Assembly (NCBI GenBank): GCA_046597055.1
Contig: JBKJLC010000222.1
Coordinates: forward strand, 6,777 to 70,776
Direction: 5' to 3'
From: Kofleriaceae bacterium
GTDB lineage: Bacteria; Myxococcota_A; Polyangia; Haliangiales; Haliangiaceae
DNA: 64,000 nt
The notes beneath the pieces were generated by a model. It searched no databases and was not told the DNA's origin. It worked only from the letters and a program-made list of their open reading frames with translations. Positions 1-8,893 of the stretch are shown in pieces. Numbering within the stretch: position 1 is the first letter of the stretch; the number at the start of each line of letters is the position of its first letter. The translations under genes were made by a program, and so were the position numbers.

Positions 1-28
1 TCGCGGGCCCGTTGGCCCGGCTCGGCCC

Positions 29-964
29 CTACGCCGCGCGCGGCGTGCGCTTGCGCAGCGCGGCGAGGTGGCCGGCGGCGCGCTCGCGCAGCAGCTCGGC
101 GAGCAGGCCGAGCTCGCGGCCGCGCGCCGACGACATGCGCCAGACCAGCCCGATGTCACGCCCGGGCGCCGGCGCGACGAACCGGGCCAGCGCGACCTCG
201 CCGTGGCTGGCCAGCGCCGCCGCCGCCATCTCCGGTAGCAGCGTCACGCCCAGGCCGTTGGCGACCATCTGGACCAGCGTCGGCAGGCTGGTCGCGCGCA
301 GCTCGGCGTGCTCGTGGGCGCCGATCGCGTCGCACACCGCCAGCGCCTGCTCGCGCAGACAGTGCCCGTCGTCGAGCAGCAGCATGTGGGCCGCGTCGAG
401 GTCGGACTCGCGCAGGCGCACCCGCCGCGCCAGCGGGTGGTCGGGCGGGGTCGCGACCACGAAGTCCTCGCGATACAGCGACACCGCCGCGAGATCGCCC
501 TGCACCGGCAGCGCCAGCACGGCGGCGTCGAGCCGGCCGTCATCGAGCAGCGCGAGCACCTGCGCGGTCCGCTCCTCGCGCAGCGCCAGCCGTAGGCGCG
601 GGTACGCGATGCGCACCGCCGGCAGCACGATCGGCAGCATGTAGGGCGCGATGGTCGGGATCACGCCAAGCCGCAGCGTGCCGGTCAGCGGCTGGGCCAG
701 CGCGTTGGCCGAGTCGACCACCGCCTCGGCCGCTGCCAGCGCCGCGCGGGCGCGCGCGACGATCTCGGCGCCGATCGCGGTGATCAGCACCTGGCGCCGG
801 TCGCGCTCGAAGATCTGGACGCCGAGCAGAGACTCGAGCTGCGACAGCTGGGCCGACAGCGCCGGCTGGGTCACCGCACAGGCGGTCGCCGCCTTGCGGA
901 AGCTGCGGTGATCGGCGATCCCGACGACATATTCGAGCTGGCGGAGGGTCAGTGGCAGGGACAT
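29..964 (-). CDS. oxyR: LysR-family peroxide-sensing regulator OxyR
   Basis: Track ORF 29..1048(-) trimmed to the ATG at 962-964 (MSLPLTLRQLEYVVGIADHRSFRKAA = LysR wHTH). 'LLLDDGHCLREQALAVC' matches the redox Cys-pair region of OxyR. The gene is divergent from ahpC. Confidence 0.85.
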   Translation of the reverse strand: MSLPLTLRQLEYVVGIADHRSFRKAATACAVTQPALSAQLSQLESLLGVQIFERDRRQVLITAIGAEIVARARAALAAAEAVVDSANALAQPLTGTLRLGVIPTIAPYMLPIVLPAVRIAYPRLRLALREERTAQVLALLDDGRLDAAVLALPVQGDLAAVSLYREDFVVATPPDHPLARRVRLRESDLDAAHMLLLDDGHCLREQALAVCDAIGAHEHAELRATSLPTLVQMVANGLGVTLLPEMAAAALASHGEVALARFVAPAPGRDIGLVWRMSSARGRELGLLAELLRERAAGHLAALRKRTPRAA

Positions 965-966
965 CG

Positions 967-1003
967 ATAGCCGCAGGTTATCACGCCCATTGTTTTCAGC
1001 ACA
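967..1003. promoter_or_regulatory. Putative OxyR operator in the oxyR/ahpC divergent promoter region
   Basis: ATAG-N7-TTAT-N7-ATTG-N7-CACA read directly from the sequence. It partly matches the 4-element ATAG-N7-CTAT-N7-ATAG-N7-CTAT layout; the last element is weak. It lies between the divergent oxyR and ahpC starts. Confidence 0.4.
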
Positions 1004-1086
1004 TTGAACGATCAGGCCGAGAACCCCATAACGAACTCCATCAACCACCGCGTGCGGCCCGCCGCACGCCCCCGAGGAGTTTCTTG

Positions 1087-1626
1087 ATGCTCACCATCGG
1101 CGACCGCTTCCCTGCATTCTCGGCCAAGGCCGTGGTCTCGAACGATCCCAACAAGGCCTTCGTCGACCTCGACGACCGCGCTTACGAGGGCAAGTGGAAG
1201 GTCTACTTCTTCTGGCCCAAGGACTTCACCTTCGTGTGTCCGACCGAGATCGCCGGCTTCGGCAAGCTCGACCGTGACTTCCGCGATCGCGACACCCAGC
1301 TGCTCGGGGTGTCGACCGACAACGAGTTCGTCCACCTGGCGTGGCGCTCTCAGCACCCCGACCTCAAGGAGCTGCCGTTCCCGATGGTCTCGGATCTGCG
1401 CCGCGACCTGTCGACCGCGCTCGGCGTGCTCGATCCCAACGAGGGCGTGGCCCGGCGCGCGACCTTCGTCGTCGATCCCAGCGGCATCATCCGCTTCGTC
1501 GAGGTCACCGACATGAACGTCGGCCGCAACCCGGCCGAGGTCCTGCGCGTCCTGGACGCCCTGCAGACCGACGAGCTGTGTCCGTGCAACTGGCAGAAGG
1601 GCCAGAGCACGCTCAACGCGGCGTGA
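1087..1626 (+). CDS. ahpC: Peroxiredoxin, alkyl hydroperoxide reductase subunit C (AhpD-coupled type)
   Basis: ATG at 1087 is preceded by GAGGAG. The protein has 'FFWPKDFTFVCPTEI' (peroxidatic Cys motif) and a C-terminal 'ELCPCNW'. ahpD follows 8 nt downstream. Confidence 0.9.
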   Translation: MLTIGDRFPAFSAKAVVSNDPNKAFVDLDDRAYEGKWKVYFFWPKDFTFVCPTEIAGFGKLDRDFRDRDTQLLGVSTDNEFVHLAWRSQHPDLKELPFPMVSDLRRDLSTALGVLDPNEGVARRATFVVDPSGIIRFVEVTDMNVGRNPAEVLRVLDALQTDELCPCNWQKGQSTLNAA

Positions 1627-1633
1627 GGAGCTC

Positions 1634-2173
1634 ATGACGACGACGCTCGACCAGCTCAAGGAGCGGCTCCCCGACCACGCTCGCGATCTGCGGATCAACC
1701 TCGGCGTGATCACCGGCGCGTCGAGCCTGACGCCGCGGCAGCACTGGGGCAGCGCGCTCGCGGCGGCCATCACCGCGCGCAACCCGGCGGTGATCCGCGC
1801 GATCGCGGCCGCGGCCGGAGCGCACCTCGACGAGGCCGCCACCCGCGCGAGCGAGAACGCGGCCTCGCTGATGGCGATGAACAACGTGTACTACCGCTTC
1901 CTCCACTACCTGGAGGGCGCCGAGTACGGCCACCTGCCCGCCCGCCTGCGCATGCAGGCGATCGGCAACCCGGGCGTCGACCACGCGGACTTCGAGCTGT
2001 GGTGCCTCGCCGCGTCGGCGATCAACGGCTGCGAGTCGTGCGTGCGCGCCCATGACAAGGTGGTTCGGGGCAAGGGCATCAGCGCCGCGAACGTGCAGGA
2101 CGCGGTGCGCATCGCCTCGATCGTCCACGCGCTGGCGGTGACGCTCGACGGCGTCGCGGCGCTCGCGGCCTGA
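1634..2173 (+). CDS. ahpD: Alkylhydroperoxidase AhpD (carboxymuconolactone decarboxylase fold)
   Basis: 179 aa with the CxxC motif 'INGCESCVRAH', positioned immediately after ahpC. An RBS-like gaggag lies upstream. Confidence 0.85.
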   Translation: MTTTLDQLKERLPDHARDLRINLGVITGASSLTPRQHWGSALAAAITARNPAVIRAIAAAAGAHLDEAATRASENAASLMAMNNVYYRFLHYLEGAEYGHLPARLRMQAIGNPGVDHADFELWCLAASAINGCESCVRAHDKVVRGKGISAANVQDAVRIASIVHALAVTLDGVAALAA

Positions 2174-2178
2174 CCCGG

Positions 2179-2388
2179 TCACCGCGTGGGGTCGGCAACA
2201 CCCTCGGGCAGGACGCAGTGCACGACCTCGTTGAGCCCACCCTGGCGGAACGAGGGCGTGACGACCTGGATCCAGCCGGGCCCGACGCTCAGCACGGTGT
2301 CGGCCGCCGGCACCGACCCGGTCCGCGGCGCCACCACGATCTGCTCGACGAGGTCGGTGTGGTTCCATCGTGGCAGCTCGGTCACCAT
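2179..2388 (-). CDS. Hypothetical small protein (69 aa)
   Basis: The ORF has strong G/C third-position bias typical of real genes here. I recognise no motif. Confidence 0.4.
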   Translation of the reverse strand: MVTELPRWNHTDLVEQIVVAPRTGSVPAADTVLSVGPGWIQVVTPSFRQGGLNEVVHCVLPEGVADPTR

Positions 2389-2439
2389 CGCCCGCCCGCA
2401 TGATGCCTCGAGCGCAGGCGCGTGCCGAGCAGCCGTCGG

Positions 2440-2625
2440 TCAGAAGTCGAAGTCGCTGTGGTCACCCTGGGTCGAGCTGGCCGCGATCATGAGCAGCATG
2501 GTCGCGACGACCACCAGCCGGGCTGGGCCCGCCAGCAACGCCGCCAGGGCGCCGAAGCCGAAAAACGACATTCCGACCGTGACCGTGAACGCGGTCGCGA
2601 TCACGTCCAACATCGGCGGCTCCAT
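2440..2625 (-). CDS. Hypothetical small membrane protein (two predicted TM helices)
   Basis: Track ORF 2440..2652(-) trimmed to MEPPMLDVIATAF... It has two hydrophobic stretches, an acidic C-terminus (DHSDFDF) and good GC3 bias. Confidence 0.45.
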   Translation of the reverse strand: MEPPMLDVIATAFTVTVGMSFFGFGALAALLAGPARLVVVATMLLMIAASSTQGDHSDFDF

Positions 2626-2806
2626 GTCTGTCCGTCGTCCATTGCTTGGCAAGGAGCACGTCGCATGCCACGCACGTGCCGCGCAACGCCTCGGGCCTCC
2701 GTGGACATGACGGCCCGTCGTGCTCGTGCTGCGCGCGACTTCGCACGCGATGGCGCGCTCTGTGCGCCCGCGCGCAGGGCACCCACGAAAAGCGCTCGGG
2801 CCGCGG

Positions 2807-4324
2807 CTACCGGCCCAGGCGCGCGATGAAGCCGTCGGCCTTCGCGAACTTATCGCCGGCCTTCTGCACCGCGACCGGGCCCGCCGGCCCGAGATCGAGC
2901 TTGTAGCGGAACAGGCCCGCGAGCCGCGCCGCGCCGCCCTCCCCGATCGCCAGCGCCACCGCGCCGTCGTGGTCCCAGTCGCCGAACCGGTGACTCCAAA
3001 GCGGCTTGCCGTCGGCGCCGAGCTTGGCGACCCAGCCGTCGCGGTAGCCCTTGGACTTCAGCGGGGCCCCCCCGACCTCCATCGAGGACTCGAACCAGCC
3101 GGCGACGACGACGTTGCCCGCCTTGTCGACCGCGGCGGCCTGGCCGATGTCCTCGCGGTCGCCGCCGAACGACGTCGCCCACAGCAGCGCGCCGTCCGCG
3201 CTGACCCGCGCCACGAACACGTCGGCCTCGCCCCGGGCGGTGAGCTTGGTGCCGAGGAAGTCGAGCTCCTTGTCGAACGAGCCGGTCAGCGCGATCGCGC
3301 CGGCCTGGTCGACCGCGAGGCCCCCCGCGACCTCCTCGAATGGATTGCCGATGGCCTTGCTCCACGCGTGCGCGCCGGTGCGATCGAAGCGCGCCAGGAA
3401 CAGGTCGGACGGGCCGATGCCGGCCAGCGCCCCGCCGCCGAGATCGATCCCGCGGGTGAAGCGCCCGAACAGGAACACGTTGCCGTTGCCGTCGACGTCG
3501 AGGTCGTCGATGTAGTCGGAGTACTCGCCACCGACCTGGGTGACCCACTCGACCTCGCCGCCGGCGCTCAGCTTGATAAGCGCGGCATCGTCGCCGCCCC
3601 GGCTGGTGAGCATGGTGGTGCCGACCTGCACCTCTTGCACGAACGACACCGCAACGATCCAGCCGCCCCCGGGGAACGCGGCCAGCGCGGTGGTGTCGTC
3701 GGAGCCCTTGCCGCCGGTGGTCCACAGCCACTCGACCTCGCCCTTGGCGTCGAGCCCGGCCACGAACAGATCGTCGGAGCCCTTGGTGGTCGCCGACATC
3801 GAGCCGGTGGTCAAGGTGTCGGAGAACAACCCACCGATCGCGATCGCGCCGGTGGCCGCGACCGCGATCTCGCTGGCGCGCTCCTGGTTCTTGCTGCCGA
3901 AGGCCGTGACCCAACCGACCGCGCCCTTGGCGTCGACCCGGGCGACGAAGGCGTCGCTCTTGCCGGCGCTGGTGCGGACGCCGGCGGCGCCGAAGGTCGC
4001 CTCGCCCTCGAAGTCGCCGACGACCAGGGTGGCGTCGTCGGCGGTGATCGCGAGCGCGCGCGCGACATCGGACTGGGCGCCGCCGATGGTGAGGATCCAG
4101 TCCACCGCGCCGGTCGCGCCGCCGGGATCGGCCTCGAGCGGCGGCAGCGGGCGGGCGGGCGGCGCCAGGGGAGGCGGCGTGGCCGCCGTGGTGCCGGGGC
4201 CGGCCGCGGTGGCGGCATCGCGGTGACTCGCCGGCGCGGCCGTGCCGCCGGTCGGCGATTCCTTCTTGGTGCCACACGCCACGGCGAGGCCGAGGCCAAG
4301 GACGAACGGAACGGGGATGCGCAT
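2807..4324 (-). CDS. Lipoprotein with beta-propeller-type repeats (SBBP-like)
   Basis: This is the 3' part of track ORF 2807..6346(-), with ATG at 4322-4324 preceded by GGAGGTG. The signal and lipobox are 'LGLGLAVAC'. About 7 repeats of D-x-F-[VL]-A-[RK]-[VLF]-x3-G-x3-W are present (e.g. SDAFVARVDAKGAVGW, ADVFVARVSADGALLW). Confidence 0.75.
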   Translation of the reverse strand: MRIPVPFVLGLGLAVACGTKKESPTGGTAAPASHRDAATAAGPGTTAATPPPLAPPARPLPPLEADPGGATGAVDWILTIGGAQSDVARALAITADDATLVVGDFEGEATFGAAGVRTSAGKSDAFVARVDAKGAVGWVTAFGSKNQERASEIAVAATGAIAIGGLFSDTLTTGSMSATTKGSDDLFVAGLDAKGEVEWLWTTGGKGSDDTTALAAFPGGGWIVAVSFVQEVQVGTTMLTSRGGDDAALIKLSAGGEVEWVTQVGGEYSDYIDDLDVDGNGNVFLFGRFTRGIDLGGGALAGIGPSDLFLARFDRTGAHAWSKAIGNPFEEVAGGLAVDQAGAIALTGSFDKELDFLGTKLTARGEADVFVARVSADGALLWATSFGGDREDIGQAAAVDKAGNVVVAGWFESSMEVGGAPLKSKGYRDGWVAKLGADGKPLWSHRFGDWDHDGAVALAIGEGGAARLAGLFRYKLDLGPAGPVAVQKAGDKFAKADGFIARLGR

Positions 4325-4481
4325 GTTCACCTCCCGGACACGGCGACCCGCGGCCGGATGCAACGAGAACGTCGATAACGATGTCACGACGTGCGCGGCG
4401 GCGGCAATCGAGGGCCCGCTCACTTGGCGGGAACCGGCCCGCGGCCCGGTTGTCCAAGGCCGGCTGGCGTATGGTCCTCGC

Positions 4482-6683
4482 ATGCGATTCGCTGCGATGG
4501 TTGCTCTCGTGTCGTCGAGCCTTGCCGTGGCGGCGAGCCTCACCGGATGTCCGCGGACCGCAACGCAGCCGCCCGCGCCCGCCGGCCTGGCCCGCGAAGA
4601 CCGCCTGCAGATCGCGCGGCTCGAGGCCCAGCGCGAGGCCGGCGTGCCCCGGCTGGTCGAGCTCGCCAGCGATCGATCGCCGGCGCGCCGCGCGCTCGCG
4701 CTGCGCGCGCTCGGCCGGATCGGCGGTCGCGACGCGGTGACCGCGCTGCGCGCACGCCTGGGCGGCGACGACGCCGCCGGCGCCGCCGCCGCGCTCGGGC
4801 TGATCGGCGCGACCGGGGGGCTCGAGCCGGCCGAGGCCACCGCGATCGCCCGCGACCTCGCCGCGGTCGGCGGCCGCGGCACCACCCGGGCCGCCGTGGT
4901 CGAGGCGCTCGGCCGGCTCGGAGCCGCCGAGGCCCTGCCGACCCTGGCCACCGCCATCGGCAGCGACGACGTCGCGGTCGCGACCGCGAGCGGCCTGGCG
5001 CTGGCCCGGCTGGCCCGCGCCAAGATCGCGCTCGACGAGACCACCGAGCTCGCGGTGATGGCCCGCACCCGCGACGACGACGCCGGCGTGCGCCACGCCG
5101 CGACCCTCGCGCTCGGCCGCGCGTACCTCGACCCGGCCACGCCGCCGCCGGCCGCGACCGATCCGGTGGTGCGGGCCCTGCGCGCGAGCCTGGGCGACAG
5201 CGATCCGCTGGTGCGCGCGGCCGCGGTGCAGGGGCTCGCCGCGCGCCGCGCGGTGCCGGTGACCACGCCGCCGCTGCTCGATCGGCTCGACGACTCGGAC
5301 TGGCGGGTCGCGGTCGAGCTGGTGCGTGCGCTCGGCGGCGCCTCGGGCACCGCCGAGACCCGGATCGCGCTGATCCCGTACCTGGCCCGGCTCGCCGGCG
5401 AGTGGTCGGCCGGTCGGCTCGCGCCCGCGTTCGCGCACCCGCTGCTCGAGGGCCTGCGCCAGCTGCCCGAGCGCGCCGGCGAGCCCAAGGTGCGCGCGCT
5501 CCTGGTCTCGATCGCGCGCGCGTACGCCGACGATCCGCCGGCGCGCCGGGCGCCGCCGCTGCGGCTCGCCAGCGCCTGGGTGAGCTGCCTGGCGCTGACC
5601 GCGCTGGCCCGCCCGATCGCGACGGTGCCGCCCGGCGACGCGTTCGGCGATCCATCGATCGCGCTGTCGCAGCTGGCGACCTGCGGCACCGGGCTGGTGC
5701 CCGACCACGAGGTCCAGCGGCTGTCGATCGAGGTGATCGCCGCCGGTGGCGCCAGCGATCCGGCCCGGCGGCTCGCGCAGGCCGCCCACCACGGCGATCC
5801 GCGGATCGCCGCGGCCGCGGTCCTGCTGCTGCCGCCGCGGTGGACCGCGGCCAGCGCCGCCGATCGCATCACGATGCGCGACGCGATCACGGCTGCGCTC
5901 GCGCGCACCGAGGCCGCGATCGCCGGGCCGGCCGCCGAGGCCGCCGGCGCGCTGCTCGCCGCCCAGGGCACCGGCGGGGATCTGGCGCCGCTCGCGGCCG
6001 CGGTGGTCGCCCGCCTGAGCACGGCCGGCGCCGACGTCGAGCTCACGACCACGGTCATGACCGCGGTCGCCAGCGCCAAGCTCGACGCGCTGCCGACCTG
6101 CCAGCGGATGCGCGCCGACGGCAACCCGGCCCTGCGCCGGGCCGCGCGCGACTGCGTGATCGCGCTCACCGGCGACGATCCGGGCCCGGCCACCGCGGCG
6201 ACCGCGCCGGTGCCGCCGCCGGTCGACGTCCTGGCCGGCCTCGGCGCCAAGGTGTGGCGGCTGTCGACCACCCAGGGCGAGGTGGTCATCGCGCTCGCCG
6301 GCGATCTCGCGCCGTGGCACGTCGCGTCGGTGGTCGCGTTGACCAAGGAGGGCTTCTACGACGGGCTGGCGTTCCATCGCGTGGTCCCCGACTTCGTCGT
6401 GCAGGGCGGCGATCCGACCGGCACCGGCTGGGGCGGGCCCGGCTACGTGCTGCCGTCGGAGGTCGGCTCGAGCCTCGACGCGCCAGCCCCGATCTTCGAC
6501 CCGGGCGCGCTCGGCATCGCCGACGCCGGCAAGGACACCGGCGGCTCGCAGTGGTTCGCGATGCACGGGCGCACCCCGCACCTCGACGGCCGCTACACCT
6601 GGATCGGCCGCGTGACCGAGGGCCAGGAGATCATCGATCGGCTGCAGATCGGCGATCGCATCGTGCGCGCCAAGATCGAGTAG
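4482..6683 (+). CDS. Lipoprotein: long HEAT/ARM-like helical repeat region fused to a C-terminal cyclophilin-type peptidyl-prolyl isomerase
   Basis: Track ORF 4242..6683 trimmed to the ATG at 4482 (MRFAAMVALVSSSLAVAASLTGC lipobox). HEAT-like repeats recur (ALRALGRIGGRDAV...). The C-terminal 'FHRVVPDFVVQGGDPTGTGWGGPGY...GGSQWF' is a cyclophilin signature. Confidence 0.8.
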   Translation: MRFAAMVALVSSSLAVAASLTGCPRTATQPPAPAGLAREDRLQIARLEAQREAGVPRLVELASDRSPARRALALRALGRIGGRDAVTALRARLGGDDAAGAAAALGLIGATGGLEPAEATAIARDLAAVGGRGTTRAAVVEALGRLGAAEALPTLATAIGSDDVAVATASGLALARLARAKIALDETTELAVMARTRDDDAGVRHAATLALGRAYLDPATPPPAATDPVVRALRASLGDSDPLVRAAAVQGLAARRAVPVTTPPLLDRLDDSDWRVAVELVRALGGASGTAETRIALIPYLARLAGEWSAGRLAPAFAHPLLEGLRQLPERAGEPKVRALLVSIARAYADDPPARRAPPLRLASAWVSCLALTALARPIATVPPGDAFGDPSIALSQLATCGTGLVPDHEVQRLSIEVIAAGGASDPARRLAQAAHHGDPRIAAAAVLLLPPRWTAASAADRITMRDAITAALARTEAAIAGPAAEAAGALLAAQGTGGDLAPLAAAVVARLSTAGADVELTTTVMTAVASAKLDALPTCQRMRADGNPALRRAARDCVIALTGDDPGPATAATAPVPPPVDVLAGLGAKVWRLSTTQGEVVIALAGDLAPWHVASVVALTKEGFYDGLAFHRVVPDFVVQGGDPTGTGWGGPGYVLPSEVGSSLDAPAPIFDPGALGIADAGKDTGGSQWFAMHGRTPHLDGRYTWIGRVTEGQEIIDRLQIGDRIVRAKIE

Positions 6684-6716
6684 CGCGCGCAACGGCGCCG
6701 GCCTGATCAGCCGCCG

Positions 6717-7301
6717 TCAGGTGACCTCGGGCACGACCCGGTCGAACAGCGCCGCCCAGCGCTCGACCAGCGCCGGGTCGACGTCGTGCAGGCGCTCGTG
6801 CAGGTGGCGGTGGCGGGCGTCGAGCCCGACCCCGTCGACCCAGAAGAAGTGCACCGCGAACTGGCCGCGCGCCTGCCGGGCCGCCGCGCGGGTCGCGTAG
6901 AACGCGGCGATCGCCTGGTGCATCGCGGCGCGATCGCGCGCCGGGTCGACGCCGCGGCCGGCGCGCAGCGTGGCCGCCAGCTGCGACAGCGTGTCCTCGA
7001 GGCGCTGCTCGAGATCGGGCCGCGGCGCGTGCGCCCACGCCAGCGCGTCGGAAGCGCGGGCGGCCGCCAGGGTCGCGCCCGCGTTCGACGGCACCAGCGG
7101 CGCCGGCACCCCGGTCGCAGCGCCGACCGCGCGGATCCGCTCGATGTCGACGTCCTCGTCGTCGAGGTCCTCGAAGGCGGGGTCGCGGTCGAAGTTGACC
7201 CGGTACGAGCCATCCTCGTGGATCGCCACGATCCGGCCGCGATACCAGTCGCCATCGCGCTCGATCTCGACCGCCTGGCCGGCGCTGTACCTGATCGGCA
7301 T
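6717..7301 (-). CDS. Hypothetical protein with N-terminal Tudor/Agenet-like SH3-fold motif
   Basis: 194 aa. The N-terminus 'YSAGQAVEIERDGDWYRGRIVAIHEDGSYRVNFD' resembles Tudor/Agenet-type barrels. The rest is unassigned. Confidence 0.6.
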   Translation of the reverse strand: MPIRYSAGQAVEIERDGDWYRGRIVAIHEDGSYRVNFDRDPAFEDLDDEDVDIERIRAVGAATGVPAPLVPSNAGATLAAARASDALAWAHAPRPDLEQRLEDTLSQLAATLRAGRGVDPARDRAAMHQAIAAFYATRAAARQARGQFAVHFFWVDGVGLDARHRHLHERLHDVDPALVERWAALFDRVVPEVT

Positions 7302-7358
7302 CCCGAGAGGGTAGCGCGAGCGCGGATCACCGGCGGGGCGTCACCGGCGCGAAAGACG

Positions 7359-8123
<765 letters not shown>

Positions 8124-8181
8124 GGCTCAACTGTACGGGATCGAACCCCGCCGGTCGAACCACACCTCGGGGGTCACCCGG

Positions 8182-8742
8182 TCAGAAGCAGGTATCGCTG
8201 ACGACGCCGGTGTGCTGGCAGTGGACCTCGGGATCGGTCGACGCCGCGGTCATGTGATAAATGCGACACGACCGGCTGTCACCGGTGGTCACGTTGGCCG
8301 TGAACGGCGGGTCGGCGACGAAGCCGGCGCAGGCGCTGGCGCACTCGCCCGGCGAGGCGTACGGCGGCCGGCGCTCGTCACCGCAGATCGCCAGCGTGGC
8401 GGCGCAGAAGCTCTCGCAGTTGTCGCCGCACACGCCGTTGCCGCCGGGCCCGGCGTTGCGGCAGGCGGTGCCGGTGTCGTCGCGCTCGGCGATCGCGGCC
8501 CAGAAGGTGCGGCATTCGATCGTGTTGCCGGCCGGGACCTCGGGATCGCCGACCCCCATCGTCGCGCAGGTCGCCGCGCAGTTGTCGATCGCGGAGTACT
8601 GCGAGTCGTCGCCCGAGCAGTTGCGCATCACCAGGCGGCAGTAGTCCTGGCACGGCCCCTCGGTCTCGTCGACCGATGCGCCACCGCAGGCGGCGAGCGC
8701 ACACCCGAACAGCAGCACGGCCACCCCGCGGAGGAACAACAT
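8182..8742 (-). CDS. Cys-rich secreted lipoprotein with internally duplicated Cys pattern
   Basis: Track ORF trimmed to MLFLRGVAVLLFGCALAAC (lipobox). There are about 20 Cys in two similar halves. Confidence 0.65.
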   Translation of the reverse strand: MLFLRGVAVLLFGCALAACGGASVDETEGPCQDYCRLVMRNCSGDDSQYSAIDNCAATCATMGVGDPEVPAGNTIECRTFWAAIAERDDTGTACRNAGPGGNGVCGDNCESFCAATLAICGDERRPPYASPGECASACAGFVADPPFTANVTTGDSRSCRIYHMTAASTDPEVHCQHTGVVSDTCF

Positions 8743-8893
8743 CGGCGGCCATCGTACCACCGCGGCACCGATCGACCGGCTTCTCGGTCGACCTCTCGCT
8801 CGCCAGCCGCGAGGTGATCGAGGGGCTCAGCGCCCAGCGCGGGCCGCCGCGCGAGCGTTGGTAGCGCGGACGGCCCCGGGCGCAGCGACGGCT

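Noticed and set aside
2850-6692. Very long ORFs in other frames across 2.7-6.7 kb: 2850..6692(-) 1280 aa, 2720..4378(+), 4391..6706(+), 4540..5655(-), and the 5' extension of 2807..6346(-).
   Set aside because: Their translations are dominated by Arg/Gly/Ala/Pro runs with no motifs. They lie antisense or off-frame to genes with clear domain signatures (propeller lipoprotein, HEAT-cyclophilin). This is the expected artefact of stop-codon scarcity in GC-rich DNA.
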